The notes: generated by a model not told the origin, from the sequence alone. 64,000 bases of DNA from an uncultured bacterium (GCA_963722385.1 CAVRKK010000002.1:544001-608000); one strand, 5' to 3'. Numbered from the stretch's first letter, positions 1-9,979 are shown. A program made the numbers and translations.

Positions 1-240
1 TTTGAGTCGAATGACGTGTCACTCTCGCCGCTTCTTATAGGTACGCAAGGTAGTGCTGGAGATGGCAGCACTCTACCCTTAGGGCTTGTTATAGGGGTAA
101 CTGTTGGAATTCCTGTTGGGCTTGCTTTTGTAACAGCTACAACGGTTGTTGCAGGTATCTTGTTTTATAAGTACATCTATCGTCGCCCTGCCCGAGGTAG
201 CGTTAATTTTACCACCGAACAAGTCAAGGATGACCTATAA
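1..240 (+). CDS. 3' end of a membrane-anchored protein (partial); possibly a beta-propeller family member
   Basis: Frame open from base 1 (FESNDVSLSPLL...). SNDVS resembles the propeller repeat end SNDVT of 62669..63940. Followed by a Gly-rich TM helix and a basic tail KYIYRRPARGSVNF. Confidence 0.6.
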   Translation, partial: FESNDVSLSPLLIGTQGSAGDGSTLPLGLVIGVTVGIPVGLAFVTATTVVAGILFYKYIYRRPARGSVNFTTEQVKDDL

Positions 241-510
241 AAAAATACAAGTATGGGATTCTAGCAAACTCCTTCTGTGCTTTTTTCATGCTTTTTCGGT
301 TGCAAATTTTCGAAATTTCATAATAGTCGAAACGGTCAAAAATAAGCATTATTATGCTAAAAAAAGTCTCAAAATGATCTAGCTCATTGAAGCCTAGCGA
401 TACCGGGCTTACCTCTCGATCCAATCAAATGTTACTTATGGCCTTGTTGCTAATAAAGCAACTTCTCTGACTTCAATAAAGGTTGTAATTTTTACAGCTT
501 TTAACAAATA

Positions 511-540
511 TTGACATTTTCAAAATTTTCTTGTTATGCT
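511..540 (+). promoter_or_regulatory. Candidate sigma70 promoter
   Basis: TTGACA-N18-TATGCT. Confidence 0.4.
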
Positions 541-670
541 TATTCTTAATAGAAAATTATTTGTTATAGTAGAATTGATTGCTCAGAGGAAACTAGTGAT
601 ATACGAAAGCAAGTATTCGCTCTTAACAACTAAAAGCATCGAGCCATCAATCAGATATTTTTATTAATGA

Positions 671-1232
671 GTAAAGCACGGCCGGCTTAAAAGCCGGCGC
701 TTTCTGCTTCGAGATTGAGGCTCTATTGATTTTTAATGTATTCTCTGATTTTGTCTTCGCTAACTTGACCCGATGTTTCAGCAAAATATCCATCTGCCCA
801 AAAGCTTTTACCCCACAAAAATTCTTTTAATTCAGGGAATTCTTCTCGAATTACTCTGCTGCTACTACCTTTGAATAGCTGCACCATTTTGCTTACGCTT
901 ATTTCAAGCCTCATTTGCACAAGTACGTGTACATGATCTTTTTGTATATTCAGCTCTTCTATTTTCCATCGATTTATATCCGCACATTCATGCAGTAGCT
1001 CTGCAATTCGCTCAGCTATTTTCCCTTGCAATATACGTCTTCTATATTTAGGAATCCATACCAGGTGATACATAAGCCTATGCGTCGTTTGTGAACCTTT
1101 CCAATACATACGCTTAGTATGCCATAACTTGTGATGGCGCTCCACTTCGAGCCAATGCCATCTCGTTCCGCGCCTTATGCGGTAGACCATTCATCCCCAG
1201 GTTTAAAACCCTGGGGTTTTCTGGTCTCTTGA
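671..1232 (-). mobile_element. IS200/IS605-family element (tnpA only)
   Basis: Y1 transposase flanked by subterminal hairpins CCCCAGG..CCTGGGG (1195-1216) and GCCGGCT..AGCCGGC (681-698). TTAT lies just outside the left end on the minus strand. Boundaries approximate. Confidence 0.8.
723..1109 (-). CDS. tnpA: IS200/IS605 Y1 (HUH) transposase TnpA
   Basis: YHLVWIPKYRR, DHVH (HUH), FWADGYF, IREYIKNQ with catalytic Tyr. Start taken at MYWKGS. Confidence 0.93.
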   Translation of the reverse strand: MYWKGSQTTHRLMYHLVWIPKYRRRILQGKIAERIAELLHECADINRWKIEELNIQKDHVHVLVQMRLEISVSKMVQLFKGSSSRVIREEFPELKEFLWGKSFWADGYFAETSGQVSEDKIREYIKNQ

Positions 1233-1449
1233 ATAACACTATTACGTACCCGTGAAGATCTGTTAGCACACTTTCCATCGTTAATCCTGATGGCAAACTG
1301 CCGGGCTTAGTTATTTCTATATAATAATCAAAAATTGCGATCATTATCGACGAATCCCTTCGGAGCATGAACTCTTGATTTCATTTATTTGCTTATTTGT
1401 ATTTTAATATAAGTAATGTTCTGCATGCAAAGCCCGTGTGCTAAAGCAG

Positions 1450-1479
1450 TTCCCGCGCAATCATACAATTGCGCGGGAA
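1450..1479 (-). terminator. Hairpin downstream of ankyrin gene, possible terminator
   Basis: 12-bp stem TTCCCGCGCAAT/ATTGCGCGGGAA about 40 bp after the stop at 1517. Confidence 0.5.
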
Positions 1480-1516
1480 GCAATAAGAAATATATCGAAG
1501 CCTGGCGAGAGAGCAG

Positions 1517-3877
1517 CTATTTTGTCTTTGAGTGCTGGATGGTACCAAACAAGAGCGTTACCAATCCTGGGATAAGGCCCGATGGCAAGCTAGCAATAAG
1601 TCTACTTATAGCAGCAGATCCAGCAGGTGATAGATGCTGCTCAGGTTCCCTTGAAGGTTCTACAAGAGCTTTATCGAGCTGCTCAAGAAGAGATTTCCGA
1701 TCACTTGCTTCTATTTGGGTTGATTGTCTAATTGTTTCACGTATATCCTGGATCACAGGCTCAATGACTGATCGCGGCAAGGCCCTCAAAAGCAGTGATA
1801 CGATGTTTTTCCTTCCACGAGCTATTGCACGGTCAAGTGCTCGTAGGCCTGCTTGATACCAGTTATCTGCACCTTCGTTAATTGCTTGACCTGCAAATCT
1901 CACAATCGCTTCAGCAGCAACGTAATTACCAGTGCTCGCCGCCACCAAGAGAGCTCGTTGGAGCCCTTGAGGCGTAAGAAACCGCCCAAGGGTTTTTATA
2001 AAGTATTTAAACATCGTATTCTGAGCTACCGCCATTAAAAATAGTTCATTATAAAGATGTTTATTGACCCTGTGATTCACAACCCATTCGTCAACACGCT
2101 TCGTTGCTTCTTCAAGGTCCCCAAATTCCCCAGTATTAGCGAGTATAATTATTGCCTGTACCGAATCTTTCCCAAAGGCATTTTGTACCTGCTCGATCGT
2201 TCTACTACTTTCAAGATTTGCTTGGGTAAGCGTTATGCCATGCTCAAAAAGCCAACGGAGAAGATCACGATCCTGTCGTGAGACAGCTGCTATGACGGAG
2301 TACCCTTCAGAATTATAATGGTTTAAATCAGCCCCATGCGCTTCAAGCCATTCTAACGCAGGTAGAATGTCAGCTTTTGGACGGCGTCGAGCAAAATCTA
2401 CAAAAGCCCATACCACGTTACCATCCGGAAGCCATGGAGACCATCCGCGAGTCTGGCCTGGCAGCGTTGACTGGTTCGTTCCTGGCGGCATGGTAGCATT
2501 GATATCAGCACCATGTTCTACCAGGAGCTCTACAGCTTCTATATTACCATAGAGCCCAGCTACCGTGATAGCTGGCTCAACATTGCTCGAGGGAGCATTA
2601 GGCTCGACTCCAGCTTCCAGCAGTGCCTTAACTTTTTTATTATCTCCCAGCCTGATAGCCTCATCAAGTTCATCGTAAAGCTCTGTGCTTTTTTCATGCT
2701 TTTTCGGCTGTTTTGTGGAGGTTTCCTTTTCCTTTTCTTTTTCTTTTTCTTTTTCTTTTTCTGGCTCTTTCTCATGCTCTTTCTCTTTGCCTTTCCCTTC
2801 CTTTTCTTTGCCCTTAACTGGCACTTCTTGCCTTTCTTCACGGCGCTTTACTTCCTCAACATCAATGTCGAGGCCAAGCTCAGTATTGTACTCGGTTAAA
2901 AACTCAATAGCTTGCTTTTGGCCTTGCCCGTAGGCATATGCTAATGCGTCACGAAATGCTGCTACCCAAGCAGGGCTGATGCGCACTGCCGTAATCTGTT
3001 CACTTCTTTGCACATACCGAATGATCATCTTTAACTCATGAACGTCCCCAATAAGTGCAGCTCTCACAAAAGCTGTACGGAACGTTTGGGGTAGAATAGC
3101 ATTGAGCAAATGTGGGGTCTCAAAAAGATCTACCAAAACAGGACTTCCTTGCACAGCTGCCAATATAAAGGCATCATTGAGCTCGCGACTATCAGTGTCA
3201 GACAACTGACCCTTTTTTGCCTTTTTCTTCATGCCGGCAATAAGGTCGCCAACATCATGCCTCAACACAATTGCCTGAAGCAAGGGGTGATTTCGATAAA
3301 GCCTCTCTACATACTCAACAATCTCTTTGTCAGCTAAATCATTAGCTGTCAGCTGTAGTCCATGCTCTAAGAACCAGCGTAATTGATGCTCTATTTTCTC
3401 AAACCTCTTCGTAGTAAGCCCATAACTATAAATAAGGCAGCGAGCACCTGATATACCTGGACCTATGTTAAGATAAGCTCCATGCTGAAGAAACCATTCA
3501 AACGCGTCTGTATCAAAATTACCTCGAGCATACTCATAGAAAGGGGTCACGCCGGGCTGTAAATACTCCTCTGCAAACCAAAACGCCTTTGTGTTCGCAC
3601 TGTTTATGTTGGCACCAGCATTAACCAACAGCTTAATTACATCAAGCTGATGCCACACAGCGGCACGCAAGATAACCGGTATTCCTTTATCATTAACAAA
3701 GTTCGGGTCACCGCCATCCTTAAGTGCTCGTTGAACCGCTTCAACGCCCTTCTGCACACTTGCAAACAAAGCATTATTAACAGCCTCACGCTCCGACTCT
3801 TCACCTTCCATAGCATAGATGCCATAGCCCATTCCCATCAAAAAAACAGCTAAAAATGCAAAATTTATTAACTTCAT
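1517..3877 (-). CDS. Secreted ankyrin-repeat protein, two homologous halves joined by a KE-rich linker
   Basis: Signal peptide ending IYA-ME; ANK motifs (LLVNAGANIN, LLVEHGADIN); duplicated LRWxxEHG and LxAVxQ blocks; KEKEKE linker. Confidence 0.85.
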   Translation of the reverse strand: MKLINFAFLAVFLMGMGYGIYAMEGEESEREAVNNALFASVQKGVEAVQRALKDGGDPNFVNDKGIPVILRAAVWHQLDVIKLLVNAGANINSANTKAFWFAEEYLQPGVTPFYEYARGNFDTDAFEWFLQHGAYLNIGPGISGARCLIYSYGLTTKRFEKIEHQLRWFLEHGLQLTANDLADKEIVEYVERLYRNHPLLQAIVLRHDVGDLIAGMKKKAKKGQLSDTDSRELNDAFILAAVQGSPVLVDLFETPHLLNAILPQTFRTAFVRAALIGDVHELKMIIRYVQRSEQITAVRISPAWVAAFRDALAYAYGQGQKQAIEFLTEYNTELGLDIDVEEVKRREERQEVPVKGKEKEGKGKEKEHEKEPEKEKEKEKEKEKETSTKQPKKHEKSTELYDELDEAIRLGDNKKVKALLEAGVEPNAPSSNVEPAITVAGLYGNIEAVELLVEHGADINATMPPGTNQSTLPGQTRGWSPWLPDGNVVWAFVDFARRRPKADILPALEWLEAHGADLNHYNSEGYSVIAAVSRQDRDLLRWLFEHGITLTQANLESSRTIEQVQNAFGKDSVQAIIILANTGEFGDLEEATKRVDEWVVNHRVNKHLYNELFLMAVAQNTMFKYFIKTLGRFLTPQGLQRALLVAASTGNYVAAEAIVRFAGQAINEGADNWYQAGLRALDRAIARGRKNIVSLLLRALPRSVIEPVIQDIRETIRQSTQIEASDRKSLLEQLDKALVEPSREPEQHLSPAGSAAISRLIASLPSGLIPGLVTLLFGTIQHSKTK

Positions 3878-4196
3878 TATAAGCTCCCATATAAATATAG
3901 ACCATATTTTATTATTAATAGTAATGAAATATGAAGCCGAATGTCAATATTTAATAGCGCTCGCTGTAAATACCGACAAATTCAAGCGGCTTAAAGTTTA
4001 ACAAGAGCATTTATGCTTTGCTTTTTGTAGCTAGAACTCAAACTCAACTATCATCGCGATCAGGGTAGACTTCAATACTTTGAACTTCAGCCTCACCCCG
4101 CTCAAGATGGTGCCTATTTTTTGGTTAATCTTAGCCAAAAGATCAGATAAAGAATATTTTTGGTTCAGAGGTAATTTTTAGTAGGAGAATTCTTGC

Positions 4197-4610
4197 TTAT
4201 TCTTGATTAAACTCGGTTCGCCAATTTTCTAACTTGATAAGATCGCTCAGTCGCGAGAACTCACGCATATTTGAGGTAACGACACAAAGCCCATGTGCTA
4301 AAGCAGTTCCTGCAATCATACAATCGTAGGCCCCAATCATTTGGTTTTTGAGATGAACTCTTAGAAACCCCGTACAAACGGCCTCATCATTATCGAAAGG
4401 TAAAATATAAATCTCATCAAGAAAGGCTTGCCAGAGTATACGAATCCTTTCTTCACGTGCAGCATTGAGCTTTAGGCCATACTCGATTTCCATAATGGTA
4501 ATTGAGGATATAGACAGATCTGCTGGTGGAACTCGCTTAAAATGGTCAAGCGTTGTGGGATGCTTTTTAAAGAGATCTGATATCGTACACGTATCAAGAA
4601 GATATTTCAT
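4197..4610 (-). CDS. vapC: VapC PIN-domain toxin
   Basis: YLLDT, SSITIMEIEYG, IGAYDCMIAGTA, VTSNMREF. Confidence 0.92.
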   Translation of the reverse strand: MKYLLDTCTISDLFKKHPTTLDHFKRVPPADLSISSITIMEIEYGLKLNAAREERIRILWQAFLDEIYILPFDNDEAVCTGFLRVHLKNQMIGAYDCMIAGTALAHGLCVVTSNMREFSRLSDLIKLENWRTEFNQE

Positions 4611-4843
4611 GCGAGCGGATCTTTTTTAGGCATTTTTAGCCCTTTTCTTAATTCTTTTGAACTAGGAAAATCAGAAAGAGCCTCAAACTCAAAAAAGCAT
4701 TTTGGCCATTCTGACTTACTTTGTTTTTTGACCCAATTCTCAAGAGCCTCATTAATGACCGAATTTCTCGTTCGCTTGAGCGTCCTTGAGAGCTCAGTAA
4801 TTTTTTTCGCAAGTTCTTTATTTACATAAATTGAGAGATTCAT
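4607..4843 (-). CDS. Ribbon-helix-helix antitoxin (VapB-like)
   Basis: MNLSIYV...TRNSVINEALENW RHH pattern; 4-bp overlap with vapC. Confidence 0.8.
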   Translation of the reverse strand: MNLSIYVNKELAKKITELSRTLKRTRNSVINEALENWVKKQSKSEWPKCFFEFEALSDFPSSKELRKGLKMPKKDPLA

Positions 4844-4999
4844 TAGTTGCCTTTACTTATACTGTTTCCGATTAGTATTATATCATAACATGTTATAATA
4901 TATCAAGAAATCTCACGGCCCATTATTTTGCTGCCATACTATTGAGCAAGAACTGCCCAATAGTATGGCTAGATTAACAACCTTAATTTTAAAATAACT

Positions 5000-5233
5000 T
5001 CAGCAAAGATGTGCGGCTCTTTCCCCTTTTTGCGGACGGCATTCCAGCCATACTATATCGCCACGATCAGCGCTTACTTTTGTACCATCGCAATCCCCAA
5101 AATTACCAAGCACAACTCTATCGACTCTTTGGGAAATAATCGCCGCCGTATTAATATCAAGCTTATCCCGCCACTTTATATAGGGCACTCTTCCTGTGCG
5201 TGTCTTGTAAATTCTAATCTTTACCCGCTTCAT
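5000..5233 (-). pseudogene. Chimeric toxin remnant: RelE/HigB-like N-terminus fused to MazF/PemK-like N-terminus
   Basis: YKTRTGRVPYIKW..GNFGD followed by DRGDIVWLECRPQKGE. Confidence 0.65.
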
Positions 5234-5337
5234 AAATACAACAGTAGCTCAAAAGCCACTAATAGTCAGCAAAATTACGGCGTCACCTACCAAAAGATAA
5301 AAGATGATCTTGTCGCTTCACTCGCTTAACCTAACCT

Positions 5338-5790
5338 CTAGGCTTGCACTTTGCATTTACAATAATAGCCACCCAACCGGTGATGTTCCCAATCACCATG
5401 ATAACGCTCCTTATGCGCTGCGCATATTTTTGGACATTCATGGGCCAAATCTTCTGATGACTTAAGCGTACCAGCCGAACGAGCCGTCTCGTTGTGTTGC
5501 TTTTTTTTGCTTCTTTTTAAGCTAAATAACGTCTTTTCCGGGACTTTGCATTCACAGTGCGCGCTACCGAACCCTGATGTCTTCCACTGGGTAGTCCAAT
5601 ACTCGTTATGCTTGCCGCATACCTTGTTACAAGCATTGTTGAGCTCAATATTATCTGCCGCAAAGCCCGCTGAGCGTCTTGTTACGGTTCCGGGTGCCTC
5701 TGACAAATGGCGACCATAAGTAAACTGCCAAGCATAAGCTGAACCACTAATCATAAGCATTGTTAAAAATAAGCGAGCGATAATCTTCAT
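5338..5790 (-). CDS. Secreted Cys-rich protein with two MVL-like (mannan-binding lectin) domains
   Basis: Signal peptide; two repeats RSAG..C-x3-C..(W/Y)xx(Q/D)W..CxC; GGAGG RBS before the ATG at 5790. Confidence 0.65.
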   Translation of the reverse strand: MKIIARLFLTMLMISGSAYAWQFTYGRHLSEAPGTVTRRSAGFAADNIELNNACNKVCGKHNEYWTTQWKTSGFGSAHCECKVPEKTLFSLKRSKKKQHNETARSAGTLKSSEDLAHECPKICAAHKERYHGDWEHHRLGGYYCKCKVQA

Positions 5791-5801
5791 TACTTCCTCC
5801 A

Positions 5802-6083
5802 TTACTTAAACATATCATCTTTACATTCACATAAACAATTTAACACTTCATAGTAAACAGCGTTCTGCGCAGCAATTAAGGGCTTCTCGTTACATACATA
5901 ATGCTGCTCTCGCCAACCGCCCCACTTACGACATGCCGCAGTACACTGCCGCATTGCTTCTGCTTGCCTTTCTTCCGGCGTATTGCCAACAATGGGCCTA
6001 TAACTCTGATGCAATAAAGCGTCAGCGCTTCCCATCATGATCAGGCAGGTAAATAGTGTGGTTGTAAGAGAATTTTTCAACAT
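5802..6083 (-). CDS. Small secreted Cys-rich protein, divergent MVL-like domain
   Basis: Signal peptide; RPI..CTAAC..WGGW..CLCEC. Confidence 0.55.
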   Translation of the reverse strand: MLKNSLTTTLFTCLIMMGSADALLHQSYRPIVGNTPEERQAEAMRQCTAACRKWGGWREQHYVCNEKPLIAAQNAVYYEVLNCLCECKDDMFK

Positions 6084-6224
6084 TAATTATATCCTCGCCA
6101 AAATCACAATTTTCTCTAATTAATATAAAAATAGCAATTTTTTTATAAAAAAAGCAAGAACTCTCATAAAACAAGAGATTTAATTAAATAAGTTAAGCTC
6201 AATAAAAGATTTTTTGTGGCAGCC

Positions 6225-6428
6225 TTACTGCGTGACGACGCACATATTCTGGCGCAAGCGTTCTAAGTGGCGCTGGAGATCCTCACCAAGCTGCTGTATT
6301 ATTTCTGCACATGCGGCATCGCCAGCAACTTTAGCATCATTAAGCGCATGTCGCTCAATAAACCACACAAGAGAGCTCACCTCATGAAGCAACTTAATTT
6401 TATTATACGTACAATTATCGAGCATCAT
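6225..6428 (-). CDS. Small helical hypothetical protein downstream of ftsZ
   Basis: 67-aa ORF with GGAG RBS, 31 bp after the ftsZ stop; amphipathic helices. Confidence 0.65.
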   Translation of the reverse strand: MMLDNCTYNKIKLLHEVSSLVWFIERHALNDAKVAGDAACAEIIQQLGEDLQRHLERLRQNMCVVTQ

Positions 6429-6459
6429 AATCCATTCTCCATCTTTTCACTAAAACTGA

Positions 6460-7635
6460 TTACTTTTGCGGTATCTCTTTTTCCTGAGCACGGCGCAGGA
6501 AAGCTGGTATTTCTAAATCATGGCCGCTGGCTTCAGGAGCCATCTCATATAACGGCCGAGCTCGTGTGCGCTCTTGGCCTTGGTCGTTACTTGCCTTATT
6601 ATCAGCGGTATCAAGCGAATGCGCGGGGCGTAAGGTATTCATCTGAGCGCTCGCTTGCCCTGATGCCGGTTGCTCAATACCCGTGGCTATAATCGTTACA
6701 CACACATCTTCGCCCATAGCCTCATCAATAACAGAACCCATAATGATATTGGCTTCCTTAGCAGCCTCGTAGACAAGGGATGCAGCGTTTTCAACCTCGT
6801 AGAGCCCAAGGTTTGAACTCGCCGTTATATTCATCAGTACCGCACGGGCGCCCTGAATGCTCGTGTTTTCAAGCAACGGCGAAGACAGCGCCTGAATTGC
6901 GGCTTTTTGCGCACGATCAGGCCCCGAGGCACATCCCGTCCCCATAACCGCCAAGCCCATATGGCGCATTATGGTACATATATCCGCAAAGTCGACATTG
7001 ATATGCCCGGCGCTTGAGATAATATCAGCGATGCTCTTAACAAATTGATGTATGACATTGTTAATCATACCAAAGGCATCAATAAGAGAAATTTTATGGT
7101 CAGTAATATCAAGCAACCGTTGATTGGGTATAACGATAAGTGTGTCGACTTCCTTTTTAAGACGATCAAGAGCTTGGGTTGCTACTCCCATTCTCCTTTT
7201 GCCTTCAAACTCAAAAGGCTTAGTAACAACAGCAACGCACAAAATCCCGCGCTCACGTACCGTTCGAGCAATAACCGGTAATGCACCTGAGCCGGTGCCG
7301 CCACCCAATCCAGCGGTAAGAAAAACGATATCCGAGCCCTTTAAAGAATCAGCTATCTTATCTATGTCCTCTTCTGCCGCGACCTTGCCAACTTCAGGAT
7401 TAGCACCTGCTCCTCTCCCGCGTGTCGAATTTGATCCAATTTGAAGCCTCAGCGGAGACTTGGACATCTTAAGCGCTTGTGCATCCGTATTTACCGCCAC
7501 AAACTCGACGTTTTCGTACTGCGCCGCAATCATATGGTTAACCGTGTTTCCTCCTGCTCCACCAACGCCAATAACTTTAATGCGCGCAACCATGTTTTGA
7601 TTGGTTACGTACTCGCGCTCCAAATCTATAGCCAT
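6460..7635 (-). CDS. ftsZ: Cell division protein FtsZ
   Basis: GVGGAGGN, GGGTGSG tubulin signature, C-terminal LEIPAFLRR. Confidence 0.98.
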   Translation of the reverse strand: MAIDLEREYVTNQNMVARIKVIGVGGAGGNTVNHMIAAQYENVEFVAVNTDAQALKMSKSPLRLQIGSNSTRGRGAGANPEVGKVAAEEDIDKIADSLKGSDIVFLTAGLGGGTGSGALPVIARTVRERGILCVAVVTKPFEFEGKRRMGVATQALDRLKKEVDTLIVIPNQRLLDITDHKISLIDAFGMINNVIHQFVKSIADIISSAGHINVDFADICTIMRHMGLAVMGTGCASGPDRAQKAAIQALSSPLLENTSIQGARAVLMNITASSNLGLYEVENAASLVYEAAKEANIIMGSVIDEAMGEDVCVTIIATGIEQPASGQASAQMNTLRPAHSLDTADNKASNDQGQERTRARPLYEMAPEASGHDLEIPAFLRRAQEKEIPQK

Positions 7636-7669
7636 TGATACCCCTTTTCGCCTTGAAACATTACGCTCT

Positions 7670-8905
7670 TCATAAAAAGTCCAAAATCCACGATTTCATA
7701 CGAGTAAAAACTCTCGCGACCAAGGGGCCATTGAGATGAGCAAGCACCTGATTATTATGCTTTTTGAGCGCGTAAAGAAGTAAGCCATAACCGGTCGCGT
7801 ACAACGGGCTTTCAAGAACTTCTTTAAACCCAAAATCAACATGGGGCTTGCCTATACGTACAGGAAGACGCAATACCGCTTCTGCCACCTCTTGGATTCC
7901 CGCGAGCAAGGCCCCGCCGCCGGTGATCACCAGGCCTGCTGATGCCTGCAATCGGTTTGCCATAATCTCTTGATACACTATCTCAAATAATTCTTGGGCA
8001 CGTGGCTCAATAATGGCTGCCAATTCCGACCGCGCGATAGACCGCTTGTGACCGCCATAGATCATTTCAATCTCAAGCTTTTCCTGAAGTGGTACGCTTT
8101 TGGCATAAGCGCAGCCAAATGCTTCTTTGATCCTTTCCGCTTCTTTGAGCGGTGTACGAAGACACACGGCAATATCTTGCGTAAAAAGGTCCCCTGCAAG
8201 CGGAATAACCTTCGTATGACGAACGGTACCATGGCGATAAAAGGCGAAATCGGACGTGCCGCCGCCAATATCAACCATAAAAGCACCCAATTCTTTTTCA
8301 TCATCAGTTAACGTTGCATCGGCAGAGGCCAGGGGCTCAAGAACGATATCACGTATCTTAAGTCCCGCCATCTGGCAACAACGCACCAAATTTTGTACGG
8401 AGGCAAGCGCACCCGTTATGATATGAACCTGGGCCTCAAGACGCACACCGTACATACCAAGCGGGTCACGAACTTCATGCTGGCCGTCAATGGTATAAAA
8501 CTGCGGCAATACATGCAAAATATGCTGACCCTCATTGAGCGGAATCGCCTTGGCTGCGGTAATAACATGAGCAATATCAGCAGCTCTGATTTCGCCATGC
8601 TTGATAGCAACAACACCCTGGGAATTGCGGGCCTGAATGTGACTTCCTGATATGCCAATATATGCTGATTCTATTTTGATTCCGCTCATCAACTCGGCTT
8701 CTTTGACCGCAGCTTTAATGGAAGCAACAGCGGGAGCGATATCTACCACAACACCTCGCGCCAATCCATGAGATGGAGACTTGCCGATCCCAATAATTTC
8801 TAAGTGGCCTTGGCTAACTTGTTGAGCAACCAAAACACAAATCTTTGTTGTCCCGATATCTACGCCAACAATAATCGTATCAGGTATGCTACTTGTCCTT
8901 TTCAT
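7670..8905 (-). CDS. ftsA: Cell division protein FtsA
   Basis: DIGTTKI, VDIGGGTS, VITGGGALL; start placed at MKRTSS, overlapping the upstream stop. Confidence 0.96.
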   Translation of the reverse strand: MKRTSSIPDTIIVGVDIGTTKICVLVAQQVSQGHLEIIGIGKSPSHGLARGVVVDIAPAVASIKAAVKEAELMSGIKIESAYIGISGSHIQARNSQGVVAIKHGEIRAADIAHVITAAKAIPLNEGQHILHVLPQFYTIDGQHEVRDPLGMYGVRLEAQVHIITGALASVQNLVRCCQMAGLKIRDIVLEPLASADATLTDDEKELGAFMVDIGGGTSDFAFYRHGTVRHTKVIPLAGDLFTQDIAVCLRTPLKEAERIKEAFGCAYAKSVPLQEKLEIEMIYGGHKRSIARSELAAIIEPRAQELFEIVYQEIMANRLQASAGLVITGGGALLAGIQEVAEAVLRLPVRIGKPHVDFGFKEVLESPLYATGYGLLLYALKKHNNQVLAHLNGPLVARVFTRMKSWILDFL

Positions 8906-9660
8906 AGCGCCGTCTTCCCCTTCTGCTGAGCAAGAATAAGCTGATTCTTGCAGCGTAAATCTATACACCAATTTGTTTGGCCCTGATTCGATAAGTTTTT
9001 AATGCTTTTTCTATAGATAATAAGCTTTTCTAGTCGCTTAATTGCATTCATTATCTGTTCATTAATAATCGTATCACGGTTAGTTTTGAGCGTAATGGTA
9101 GGCTGCTGCTTGTCGTGCAAGGTAACAAGTGTTTTGTCATGCCACGTACAGGTATATCGCTCATGCACAAAAGGGGGCAATGAGTTCATAAACGCAGCCA
9201 TCTCGGTTGGTTGTAGCTCGATACCCTCTCGCGGCGCCGTCTCAAGCCACAAGAGGTCATTGAGCAGATAATTTGCGTAATCTGAAGCCTGGGCAACGCT
9301 CCCGTCGCGAGTAATAACAAGGCTATTATTGAGCAGTACGGCAGGTTGCTCGGCCATCACCGAGATGTAAAGAGTGCCTTTACGCGCATAACGAACACGT
9401 ACACGGCTAATAAAGGGATAATAGCGGCCAATGAAGCTGCACAGCGTTGATGCCGTTATATTTTTTTGACGCTTAGGTAAAAAGTATTTTTTTATGAGCT
9501 CGAAAAGGCGATCCCTCATGCCACGAGAAATATGGCTATCTGTCATGATCACGATACGTGCTAATCTCTTATAACAGAACGCAAGCCAGCCCAATGCTAT
9601 ACCAGCACCAATTACCATGACAAAGGGAAAGATTCGCACCCAATAAAATGATATACGCAT
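8902..9660 (-). CDS. Divergent FtsQ/DivIB-like protein
   Basis: N-terminal TM, POTRA-like YPFISRVRV, C-terminal IDLR..QLIL, position upstream of ftsA-ftsZ. Confidence 0.65.
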   Translation of the reverse strand: MRISFYWVRIFPFVMVIGAGIALGWLAFCYKRLARIVIMTDSHISRGMRDRLFELIKKYFLPKRQKNITASTLCSFIGRYYPFISRVRVRYARKGTLYISVMAEQPAVLLNNSLVITRDGSVAQASDYANYLLNDLLWLETAPREGIELQPTEMAAFMNSLPPFVHERYTCTWHDKTLVTLHDKQQPTITLKTNRDTIINEQIMNAIKRLEKLIIYRKSIKNLSNQGQTNWCIDLRCKNQLILAQQKGKTAL

Positions 9661-9979
9661 ACGTCAGTTCCTTAACCCTTGATCGCTCGTTGCTTGCTAT
9701 GTTTTTATCTTTTTACAAGGGAATAAGTCAATAATTTTGCAAGATTACCTCATCAGGGCGCTTGGCACCCACCTCCCTATCGTTAAGTTTAAATTTTTTG
9801 AACTCAAAAATTTCCGTAAAAGGCTAGAGCAGCTGCTATTACCCTTTTTCTCAAAAAGTGTGCTCATTTTTTTCACCAAACTATTGCTTTTTTTAATTGA
9901 TTATTTGTATTATTAACTTGTAAATATCTATTTACGTGCGTTTATATTAAGCGCACTATTTTACACAAAGGAGGATTCC

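Noticed and set aside
1114..1856. ORFs 1114..1368 and 1416..1856
   Set aside because: They cross the IS end or lie antisense to the ankyrin gene, with no coding signal.
2513..2933. Phe/Ser-rich and Lys-rich ORFs and a TTTTTC microsatellite
   Set aside because: Alternative frames of the KE linker in the ankyrin gene.
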